DNA of 64,000 nt, taken from a virus. Taxonomy: Duplodnaviria; Caudoviricetes. This document shows, one piece after another, positions 20,005-28,284 of the stretch. The position numbers and the translations under genes were made by a program. The stretch is from positions 11,927 to 75,926 of the IMG/VR virus record IMGVR_UViG_3300028833_000142; one strand, 5' to 3'. Positions within the stretch are counted from its first letter, which is position 1. Every line of letters begins with the position of its first letter. A model generated the notes under the pieces. That model ran no database searches, was not told where the DNA came from, and saw nothing but the letters and a program-made list of their open reading frames with translations.

Positions 20005-20385
20005 ATGCGTACAGAAAAAGAAATAAAAGATAAAATAGCTAGTAAAGAAGAATATTTACAAAATCATTATTCTAGTTCTATAACAAATGAAGTGATAATG
20101 TTAAAAGCATTATTAGAGTCGACCGATGAAGAAAAAGAAAAATATTATAAATACGTTTTAGAAAAGGTAGAGCCGTATTATACATATGTACAAAGAAAAA
20201 ACGCTGAAGATAAAGCGGATGAATTTTTCGCTAAAAATATAAGAGGTAAAAAAGAAAGTCCTAAAAAAGAAGCTTTGTTAAAACAATATGAAGAAATGAG
20301 ACCCACTACATATACAGAGGGTTTATGGGCGGGGTATCGTGTAATGAAGTGGTATATAGAGGAAAATGATGAATTTTATATATAG
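20005..20385 (+). CDS. Hypothetical protein
   Basis: GGGAG RBS. Confidence 0.6.
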   Translation: MRTEKEIKDKIASKEEYLQNHYSSSITNEVIMLKALLESTDEEKEKYYKYVLEKVEPYYTYVQRKNAEDKADEFFAKNIRGKKESPKKEALLKQYEEMRPTTYTEGLWAGYRVMKWYIEENDEFYI

Positions 20386-20397
20386 AAAGGATATAGT

Positions 20398-20628
20398 ATG
20401 TTTTGGTTAATATTAAATTTATGGTTAATGGGTTTTATATTTTTAGGTTGTATTATTCAGTGCTTAGACTCAACTTATAAAAACCTTCAAAATATAAATG
20501 ATAACTTAGAAAGTATGCGCAAAGAATTAACTATTATCAGAAATAACGTGTATATACACGATAAATTTAACTTATTAATATCCACATTAGATAGAATAGC
20601 AACTATTCTTGACAAAAAGATAAAATAG
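20398..20628 (+). CDS. Small membrane protein with coiled coil
   Basis: N-terminal hydrophobic helix; GAAAGG RBS. Confidence 0.55.
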   Translation: MFWLILNLWLMGFIFLGCIIQCLDSTYKNLQNINDNLESMRKELTIIRNNVYIHDKFNLLISTLDRIATILDKKIK

Positions 20629-20806
20629 TGATATTATATAAGAAAAGGAGAAATAAAATGATAGCAATTACGTTAAGGTTTAGTATTAATGATTTTGAAG
20701 GAATAGAAGATGAAAACGAAGTCCAAAGTTTAGTAGATGAATTATCACCAGATGAATTACTATCAATGGCAAGAGGACCAGTAAATGTAGACGTAGAGGT
20801 AGATTA

Positions 20807-21028
20807 ATGGAAGAAAATAAAGAAAGATTAACAGAAGAAGAAGAAGTAGACCAAAAAATTGCTGAAGCTAAAGAAAGAATTAAACAGCATGCCACAAAAT
20901 ACACAAAAGTGGTATATGGTGGAACCCCAGAGTTTACCTTGCAAATGTATAAAGCCAAAAAAGAACGTGCCCGTAAAAGAGCCAAAGTACAAAAGGCTAG
21001 TAAAAAAGCAAATAGGAAAAAGAAATAA
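20807..21028 (+). CDS. Small basic hypothetical protein
   Basis: GAGG RBS; Lys/Arg-rich C-terminus. Confidence 0.55.
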   Translation: MEENKERLTEEEEVDQKIAEAKERIKQHATKYTKVVYGGTPEFTLQMYKAKKERARKRAKVQKASKKANRKKK

Positions 21029-21471
21029 TGACTATACCGTTTGGTAAATATAAGGGCAAAAGTATACAGTGGGTTTATGATAACGATAAAAGTTATTATA
21101 AATGGTTAGAAGGTATACGGTTAAAAGAACCATTTGCTACAAAGTTTGCAGATTTTCATAATTCACTTCTTCAAAAAGAACGAGAAATAGAAAATGGACA
21201 CGTATATAACGTCTTAGGTTTAATAGAAGAACTTATTAAAGATAATGATGATATATATGGTGTGAATGTACATTCTGTGGGGTTTGAATTTAGATTTAAT
21301 GGTATATCTTTGGAAAATATTTTAAATAAACATTATAATCTTAGATATTATGATAATAATGGTATGGTAAATATCGAGTTATCAAAAGAAAATTATGATG
21401 TATTGTATGAAGTAATGTATAAATATTGGACCGAAAAAGGTAAACCGTGGCAAGATAGAGGGTTATATTAG
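21028..21471 (+). CDS. DUF3820 / ExoX-C-terminal-like protein
   Basis: IPFGKYKGKSI...YYKWL. Confidence 0.6.
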   Translation: MTIPFGKYKGKSIQWVYDNDKSYYKWLEGIRLKEPFATKFADFHNSLLQKEREIENGHVYNVLGLIEELIKDNDDIYGVNVHSVGFEFRFNGISLENILNKHYNLRYYDNNGMVNIELSKENYDVLYEVMYKYWTEKGKPWQDRGLY

Positions 21472-21482
21472 AAAGGTAAATT

Positions 21483-22124
21483 ATGACAGATAAAAAACAA
21501 ATTATTGCATTTATGGGATTAAAAACGTGTGGCAAGGACTATAATAGTCAACCATATATAAATATTGGGTATAAAAAAATAGCATTAGCAGACCCATTGC
21601 GTGAAATAGCTTGGAATATATTGGGGTATAATCCAGAAGAAATAGGTAATATACCATATAATGATTTTAAAAACTGTAATTTATCAGCAGAGGTAAAACA
21701 TAATTTTATGGGTTTATTACCCTATTATACCGATGTTAAAATAACATCAATTAGAAAAATTTTACAAAATATAGGCACCGAATTTAAACGCTTATTTGGT
21801 ACAGATTACTGGTGTAATTTGTGGTATGACTCGGTGGTAAAAAGTGGTGAGAATGTTGTTCTTACAGATTTAAGATTTCCCAACGAAGTCAAAAAAGTCT
21901 TAGAGTTAAAAAACGTAGGTTATAATGTTACGTTTATGTGGTGTCAATATGAAAAAGCTGATTATGATAAAATTTTAGCTGATAAACACGAAAGCGAATT
22001 GTTAAATCAATTTATATACTACAACCGTGATAAATATAGACTACACGATGGTTGTATTATAAAAGAAGATGTTTTAAAAAGAATTTTAGAAGATTTTGAA
22101 AAGACAAAAAAGTTTAGTTTTTAG
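21483..22124 (+). CDS. Deoxynucleoside monophosphate kinase
   Basis: GLKTCGKD P-loop, ALADPLR, RKILQNIGTE, TDLRFPNE and HESE motifs. Confidence 0.85.
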   Translation: MTDKKQIIAFMGLKTCGKDYNSQPYINIGYKKIALADPLREIAWNILGYNPEEIGNIPYNDFKNCNLSAEVKHNFMGLLPYYTDVKITSIRKILQNIGTEFKRLFGTDYWCNLWYDSVVKSGENVVLTDLRFPNEVKKVLELKNVGYNVTFMWCQYEKADYDKILADKHESELLNQFIYYNRDKYRLHDGCIIKEDVLKRILEDFEKTKKFSF

Positions 22125-22165
22125 TATATGTTTACTTTTATATTAACCTGTGCTAATATAGAAGT

Positions 22166-22275
22166 GAACATTAATAAGGTATTTGTATAAAAACAATTAA
22201 ATAGAAAATATAATTTATAACTCTCTGTATTAATATCTTTAGATACTTTGTTAATGTTCAACAGAGAGTTTTTTT
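22166..22275 (+). promoter_or_regulatory. Terminator with a competing helix (attenuator or sRNA candidate) upstream of dnaE
   Basis: Terminator stem 22219-22228/22261-22270 plus T-run; alternative 17-bp helix 22166-22182/22243-22259. Confidence 0.5.
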
Positions 22276-22364
22276 ATGGGAGGTGCATATTTATTACCAC
22301 AAAATAATAAAAGAATTATTGACAAATAATATTTTTTATGATATGTTATATTTGGAGGTAAAAA

Positions 22365-25300
22365 ATGTCAAATTATATATCTTTTCATAATCATGATTGT
22401 TTAGGTAGTTTACTTGATAGCTCTTTAAAGTTGAAAGACTTGGTAAATTGGGCTAAGGCTAATAATATGAAGGCTGTAGGTGTTACTAACCATGGTTACT
22501 TAACTTCGTCTATAAAACTATTAGACTTATGTAAAAAGGCAGATATTAAACCGCTAATAGGAATAGAGTTTTATGTTACAGAAAATAAAGTAGATGGAAA
22601 CGGCAAAAAAATAAGAGACAATCACCATTTATGTGCAATTGCTAAAAATTCTAACGGGTATCATAATTTAATCAAATTACATAATTTAAGCTTTCGAGAA
22701 GAGAGGTTTTATTATGATGGTCGTATAACTTTAGAAGATTTAGAGAAGCATAAAGAAGATTTAATTATAACTTCTGCTTGTATAGGTAGTGTTCTTGGGA
22801 AACAATTTACCTCTGGTAATTTAGATGTAGCTGAAAACAAGCTTGTTACTCTTTATAATATGTTTGGTGAAGATTTTTACCTTGAACTTCAAAACCACAA
22901 TTCTTTTAATAAAGAATGGCAAAAACAGCAAGAGGACTATAATGAATGGTTAATAAAAATGGGAAAAAAATACGGTATAAAATGTATAGTGCAACAAGAT
23001 AGCCATTATTATAGAAAGGAAGATTGGAAGGCTCATCAAGTTCTATTGTGTAAAAATACTGGTTCCAAATTAAGTAAGCCTACGTTTCAATTTGACTCTC
23101 ATGAATATTATTTAAAAAATGAAGCAGAAATGCTCGAAACTTTTGCTAAATACCCACTTCCTTTTATAGAAGGGTGTTTTAAACACACTAGCGAAATTGC
23201 TGATAAAGTAGAGGTTTTCAATATAGAGAATGAACATTATTCTATGCCTACTTTTGGTGAAAAAAAAGAAGTAAGTCGTAAATTGAGGGATTTAGTAAAG
23301 GCTGGCTTTATTAAGAGATTTGGTTCATTAAATTATAAAAAAGAATATATCGACAGAATAAAATACGAACTTGAAGTTATAGAAAAAATGAATATGCAAG
23401 ATTATATATATTTACTTTGGGATATATATGAATTTGCTAAAAAAAATGGTATATATAGAGCAGTAGGTCGTGGGTCAATGGGGGCTAGTTTAGTTCTTTA
23501 TTGTCTTGATATTGTGCAAATAAACCCTATGGAATACAATTTAATGTTTGAAAGATTTCTTTCACCCGACCGAATTTCGTGCTGCGATTGTGATTCAGAT
23601 TGGGCACCAGACGATAAAGCAAGAATAGAGCAGTATTTGAGGGATAAATATGGCGAAGACAAGGTGTGTGGAATAGCTACGTATGTTGAACTTACTGCAA
23701 AAAGTTCCTTTAAAGCCGTTACAAGTGCAATGGAAGTTCCATTTGCGTTGGCTAATAAAATAACTTCTTTAATGGACCCTAATTTAACTCTTGAAGAAAA
23801 TATAGAGGACAATGAAGCCTTACAAAAAGAGATAAAAAACAACAATTTAGAAGAAGTAATCAATATATCAAAGGTGCTAGAGGGCACTTTCTCTGCTCAG
23901 TCTGTTCACCCTTGTGCTAATGTTATATTTCCAGATAATTTCGATAATTTATGTCCTGTTATATCTGTAAAAGACCCAAGTGGCAAAAAAGATAGAGTTT
24001 TTGTTACTTCATACGATATGAAAGAAGTAGACGGTAAACTTAAATTTTTAAAAATGGATGAGTTGGGACTTGCTTGTCTACAAACAATAAGAGAAACAGA
24101 TAAATTAATAACCGAAAGGAATGGTATAAAGATAAATTTTCACAATTTACCACTAGATGACAAAAAGGTTTATGAAACATTGGGGAATGGTGAAAGTTTT
24201 GGCGTATTTCAAATGGAAAGCCAAATGTTTAAGTCTTTATTAAAGTCGGTTAAACCAAAGAATTTAGAAGATTTAACAGTTATAACTGCTATCGGTAGAC
24301 CTTCAGCTTTACAAAGTGGAATGACAGAGCAATACAAATTAATAAGAAACGGTAAAGCAGAACCAGAATATATTATTCCAGAGTTAGAAGAGCCATTAAA
24401 AGATACTTATGGATTAATGATATTTCAAGAAACAATGATGTTGACATTAAAATACTATGCAGGGTTCTCAAATTCTCAAGCAGATTTTGCAAGAAAAATA
24501 TGTGGTAAAAAATTAAAGGATAAAATTCCAGAATTAAAAGAATTGTATTTGGAAGGCTGTAAAAAGATGAATAGGGATTTAGAACAAGCAGAGGATTTAT
24601 TCGAGAAAATACAACAATTTGCTTCATATTCTTTTAGTAAGATACATGGTGTTCTTTATAGCTATATGTCTTATGCTACAGCTTGGTACAAGGTCAACTA
24701 TCCCCTCGAATATATGTGTGCTTTATTAAATGCCAATTCAGATGACCTAGATAAACTCAACCTATATATAAACGAGTGTTATCGCTTAGGCATACGTGTT
24801 ACACCCCCCGATGTTAACGACTCAGGTAAAGATTTCCAAATAAACGAAAGTGGTGAACTTGTGTTCGGTTTATCTGCTATTAAAGGTTTGGGTAAAGCCG
24901 TTGTAAACGATATTATAAGAGCAAGAAGTAATAAAAAATTTATATCAATTGAAGATTTTATAGAAAGGGTAAACAAAGCAGATAAAGGTAGTATACAAGC
25001 ACTTTTACGGGTTGGTGCTTTTAATAAATTGGTAAAATACCCTAAACGTTGGGATTTACTATGTGATTATATCAACGATGCTAAAAACTCTAAATATTAT
25101 ATAGATACAGAAAATTTAGAGCAAGCGGTATACCACGTGGTTGGCACCAAAGCAGGTAAAAAGAGTGATAAATATATAGAAATCCAAGAAGAAAAACGAG
25201 GTTTAAAATCAAGTAGACAAGATAAATTATATAGAGAAGAACTAAACAAAAAACAAGATGACCTTTTAGAGTATTATATTGATGTAGTTAAAAGACAATT

Positions 25301-25970
25301 TTTAAAAGCTACAACATATAAACCTGCTGAAAAAATACAAAACGAACAAGAACTTATGGGGTTTAATATATCTACAAATCCTTATAAACGTTGGGATTTA
25401 TTTAAGAAATACTATACACGTGCCTTAGAAGGCGGTATACCGTATGTTGAATTAAATGAATTAGTTGATGATTTTGAAAAATTTGTTGACTTAAAAAGCT
25501 TTAATACCGTTGGTTTACTTACAGATGTTAAGGAATTAAAAACTAAAAAAGGTCAAAAAATGGCTAAATTAACTTTCGAGTATTTTGGTAGTAAAACAAC
25601 CATAACAGTATTCCCAAATGATTGGGAGAATGATTTAGAATTTAAACTTCAAAAAGGTAATATGGTATCTATAACTGGATATTTGGTAGAAACAAATAAA
25701 CAATATAGTGATGACGATTACGAAATCAGATTTACTTCTATGCGTCAATTAAATGTTTTAATAAACGAAAACAATAAATGTATTATAGACATAAAGAACA
25801 AAAATGTTGAAGATGTAAATTTTGCTGTTAAGAAATTAGCATATAGTGAAAAATCTGATAATTTGCCAGTTGAAAGAGTTGTAATATATAAGAAAGATGA
25901 TAAAATGCTTGTATTACAAGGTGTTTTATGGATAAACAATCCAGATAAACTTTTAAATTATTTGAGGTAA
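22365..25970 (+). CDS. dnaE: DNA polymerase III alpha subunit (family C)
   Basis: PHP domain (HNHD, TNHG, DSHY), GRGSMGASLV, FQMES, YSFSKIHG, YKVNYPLEY, PPDVN, GLSAIKGLG, OB fold. Confidence 0.95.
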   Translation: MSNYISFHNHDCLGSLLDSSLKLKDLVNWAKANNMKAVGVTNHGYLTSSIKLLDLCKKADIKPLIGIEFYVTENKVDGNGKKIRDNHHLCAIAKNSNGYHNLIKLHNLSFREERFYYDGRITLEDLEKHKEDLIITSACIGSVLGKQFTSGNLDVAENKLVTLYNMFGEDFYLELQNHNSFNKEWQKQQEDYNEWLIKMGKKYGIKCIVQQDSHYYRKEDWKAHQVLLCKNTGSKLSKPTFQFDSHEYYLKNEAEMLETFAKYPLPFIEGCFKHTSEIADKVEVFNIENEHYSMPTFGEKKEVSRKLRDLVKAGFIKRFGSLNYKKEYIDRIKYELEVIEKMNMQDYIYLLWDIYEFAKKNGIYRAVGRGSMGASLVLYCLDIVQINPMEYNLMFERFLSPDRISCCDCDSDWAPDDKARIEQYLRDKYGEDKVCGIATYVELTAKSSFKAVTSAMEVPFALANKITSLMDPNLTLEENIEDNEALQKEIKNNNLEEVINISKVLEGTFSAQSVHPCANVIFPDNFDNLCPVISVKDPSGKKDRVFVTSYDMKEVDGKLKFLKMDELGLACLQTIRETDKLITERNGIKINFHNLPLDDKKVYETLGNGESFGVFQMESQMFKSLLKSVKPKNLEDLTVITAIGRPSALQSGMTEQYKLIRNGKAEPEYIIPELEEPLKDTYGLMIFQETMMLTLKYYAGFSNSQADFARKICGKKLKDKIPELKELYLEGCKKMNRDLEQAEDLFEKIQQFASYSFSKIHGVLYSYMSYATAWYKVNYPLEYMCALLNANSDDLDKLNLYINECYRLGIRVTPPDVNDSGKDFQINESGELVFGLSAIKGLGKAVVNDIIRARSNKKFISIEDFIERVNKADKGSIQALLRVGAFNKLVKYPKRWDLLCDYINDAKNSKYYIDTENLEQAVYHVVGTKAGKKSDKYIEIQEEKRGLKSSRQDKLYREELNKKQDDLLEYYIDVVKRQFLKATTYKPAEKIQNEQELMGFNISTNPYKRWDLFKKYYTRALEGGIPYVELNELVDDFEKFVDLKSFNTVGLLTDVKELKTKKGQKMAKLTFEYFGSKTTITVFPNDWENDLEFKLQKGNMVSITGYLVETNKQYSDDDYEIRFTSMRQLNVLINENNKCIIDIKNKNVEDVNFAVKKLAYSEKSDNLPVERVVIYKKDDKMLVLQGVLWINNPDKLLNYLR

Positions 25971-25999
25971 GTCTAAAATAAAATTGTCACTAAAAATAC

Positions 26000-26063
26000 T
26001 TGACAAAATTGTTAAGATGTGTTACAATGTATATAGATAAATTTGTACATTAAAAATTTAATA
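26000..26063 (+). promoter_or_regulatory. Sigma70-type promoter plus boxA-like leader
   Basis: TTGACA 26000, 17-bp spacer, TACAAT 26023, then TTGTACATTAAAAATTTAATA at 26043. Confidence 0.65.
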
Positions 26064-26089
26064 TCCCAACCTAGTTTAACAAATCAAAA

Positions 26090-26290
26090 TACCGTATAAG
26101 TTTACTAAGTGCTTATACAAGATGGTGAACGTGGTGAGAGTCCACGGGGAGGGTCATATATCGAAATGACTTGTCTGGAAAAATTCATGGTCTTTGACGG
26201 TAGAGCTATACCGTGTGTTGGATGTACAGGGTGTATACGTTTTAGATAGTAGCTAATATATAAAACTAGAGATGCACTCTGGACATTGAA
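26090..26290 (+). ncRNA. Structured ncRNA candidate A
   Basis: ORF-free, GC-richer than flanks. Hairpins GTATAAG/CTTATAC, CGTGG-TGAGAGT-CCACG, GTCAT/ATGAC, ACGGTA/TACCGT; closing stem TGTCTGGA/TCTGGACA. Confidence 0.55.
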
Positions 26291-26307
26291 AAAAAGAAAG
26301 GTAAACG

Positions 26308-26484
26308 ATGAAAATATATAACGAAAAGTTAAAAAGAAATATTGTGGTATTTAATGAGTATAAATTAAATGGTGCAACTGCTTGCCCCGAATGTCACAGA
26401 ATCTTTAAAGAATACGATATTAAAAATTTAGAAGAACGTGGTAAAATAAGTTGTGTAAAATGTGGTGCAAAACTTAAAAAATAA
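26308..26484 (+). CDS. Small zinc-ribbon protein (58 aa)
   Basis: GAAAGG RBS; CPEC...CVKC. Not in the ORF track. Confidence 0.7.
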   Translation: MKIYNEKLKRNIVVFNEYKLNGATACPECHRIFKEYDIKNLEERGKISCVKCGAKLKK

Positions 26485-26489
26485 TTGAA

Positions 26490-26672
26490 TAGTGGTGGGA
26501 CACAGGTCGTAGAACATAATGAGGTTTAGCTCGGATGCAATGTGTTCATTACATAAAGGCACCTGTATGTATTTACTTCCTAGGGGTAATACACGGTATA
26601 GCTATATACTCGGTCATAGACCTTACAGCGTGGTAATAAACTGAAATAGCACCTCTTCGGAGGTTTTATAGA
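26490..26672 (+). ncRNA. Structured ncRNA / leader candidate B
   Basis: Nested stems ACAGGT/ACCTGT and GAACATA/TGTGTTC, hairpins GTATT/AATAC and GTATA/TATAC, final ACCTC-TTCG-GAGGT. Confidence 0.5.
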
Positions 26673-26687
26673 AAGAAAGTTAATTTA

Positions 26688-27256
26688 ATGGATAAAGAAG
26701 AGTATGGTAAAAGCGGTATATATTTCACCGCAGATTTGCATATAGGACATAAAAATATATTAAGATTATCTAATAGACCTTTTGGTGATATAGACCATCA
26801 TGATGATACAATTATAGATAATTATAATTCAATAGTTTCAAGTAATGATGTCTGTTATATTTTGGGCGATATATCTTGGAATCAAAGTTATGAAACATAT
26901 AAATCAATCTTTAATAGATTGAATGGTAAAAAATTTATAATCTTAGGAAATCATGACAATAAACAAAATCTTATTAGATGTCAAAAAGAAGGTTTAATAG
27001 AAAGTGTTAAAGAAAGCCAAATATTGCAAATAGGTAATGATAGAATATTTTATCACATTTCCCTTATCGTGAATGGTCTGGGTTTTACAAAGGTTCATAC
27101 CATGTTTATGGACATGTTCATTGTACACTTCCAGATTATAAACAAAGTACAGATTGTGGCGTAGACGCTTGGGAATATGGACCAGTTTCTTGGGAAGAAA
27201 TCAAAGAATATATAAACCTTAATTGTGAACCTAATGTTGTAAATGAAGAGAGATAG
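26688..27256 (+). pseudogene. Calcineurin-like metallophosphoesterase interrupted by a 1-nt frameshift
   Basis: ADLH, GD and GNHD in the first frame; SHFP...HVYGHVH...CGVDAW continue in another frame after TTTT at 27048-27051. Confidence 0.8.
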
Positions 27257-27285
27257 ACAGTATTATACAACAGCAGGTATATAGG

Positions 27286-27912
27286 ATGAGAAAAAAGAAA
27301 AAAACAAATGAACAGTTGATTTATGAATATCAACAAGAGCAGAATCCAGTCAAAAAGAAAAAAATTGCAGATGAATTATATAGAAAAATCTTTAGACTTG
27401 TTGCCAAATATGCGGGTACATTCCCAAATATAGCCTATGGTACACAAGAAGATTTAATACAAGAGGCTAGTTTAATTTTTATGCGTTGTATAAATAAATT
27501 TGATGTTACTAAAAACCTAAAGTTTTCAACTTATTTAGGTAAGGCTTGTAAATATGAACTTAGGCGTTACAAAGATAAACAAAGGAAACATATAGACAAT
27601 AGTTATTATTTAGAAATAGATGAAATTATACGAGCTAAAACGCAAGACGTAGATGAATTTATTGACGATATAAATGATTGGAATAAAGTACAAAAGATTG
27701 TGGTAGATTTATATAAAAATGAACAGATAACACAAAAACAATTTGAAACTATAATAGATGTGCATGGTTTTCTTGGAAGAGATAAAAAAACAAGAAAAGA
27801 AATTGCAGATGAAAAGGGTTGTTCATTACAGAATATAGGGTTTTTATATCGTAAAGCATTAAATAAAATCCGAGAAGAATTAATAAAACAAAATGTAGAA
27901 TATGTTATTTAG
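27286..27912 (+). CDS. Sigma-70 family RNA polymerase sigma factor
   Basis: EDLIQEA, FDVTKNLKFSTY (region 2); region 4 HTH RKEIADEKGCSLQNI. Confidence 0.88.
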   Translation: MRKKKKTNEQLIYEYQQEQNPVKKKKIADELYRKIFRLVAKYAGTFPNIAYGTQEDLIQEASLIFMRCINKFDVTKNLKFSTYLGKACKYELRRYKDKQRKHIDNSYYLEIDEIIRAKTQDVDEFIDDINDWNKVQKIVVDLYKNEQITQKQFETIIDVHGFLGRDKKTRKEIADEKGCSLQNIGFLYRKALNKIREELIKQNVEYVI

Positions 27913-27928
27913 AAATGGAGATTAACAA

Positions 27929-28171
27929 ATGGGAAAATTTGTAGACAGAGCTAGACAGGCTGTAGCTGGTGCAAAAGAAGTTATTGCAAAAATTGACCTT
28001 AAAAAAGATAAGGTTATTATTGAGCTTTCAGAAAAAGTAGTTAAGTTAGAAGAATTAGTTGCTAAACTTTCTAAGGTAATCGAAAAATTACAATCTAAAG
28101 AAGATAAAAAGGCTGATAAAAAGGCTGATAAACAAGAAGCTGATAAAAAAGAAGATAAAAAAGCCGAGTAG
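27929..28171 (+). CDS. Hypothetical coiled-coil protein with KKADK repeats
   Basis: GGAG RBS; followed by a terminator. Confidence 0.6.
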   Translation: MGKFVDRARQAVAGAKEVIAKIDLKKDKVIIELSEKVVKLEELVAKLSKVIEKLQSKEDKKADKKADKQEADKKEDKKAE

Positions 28172-28188
28172 TTTAAACTACCCTAAAC

Positions 28189-28224
28189 AATAGGGTGTAC
28201 CTTTGTGGTATACCCTATTTTTTT
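28189..28224 (+). terminator. Intrinsic terminator
   Basis: AATAGGGTGTACC...GGTATACCCTATT plus T-run. Confidence 0.7.
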
Positions 28225-28284
28225 CTTAAATTTGACATTTAAAATAGTTTGTAGTAATATTGTTGTAGAGAAAAGGAGATAAAA

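Noticed and set aside
26129-26146. CGTGG...CCACG stem identical to P1 of a pistol ribozyme
   Set aside because: Lacks the downstream AAAUA linker and a nearby pseudoknot partner for the loop.
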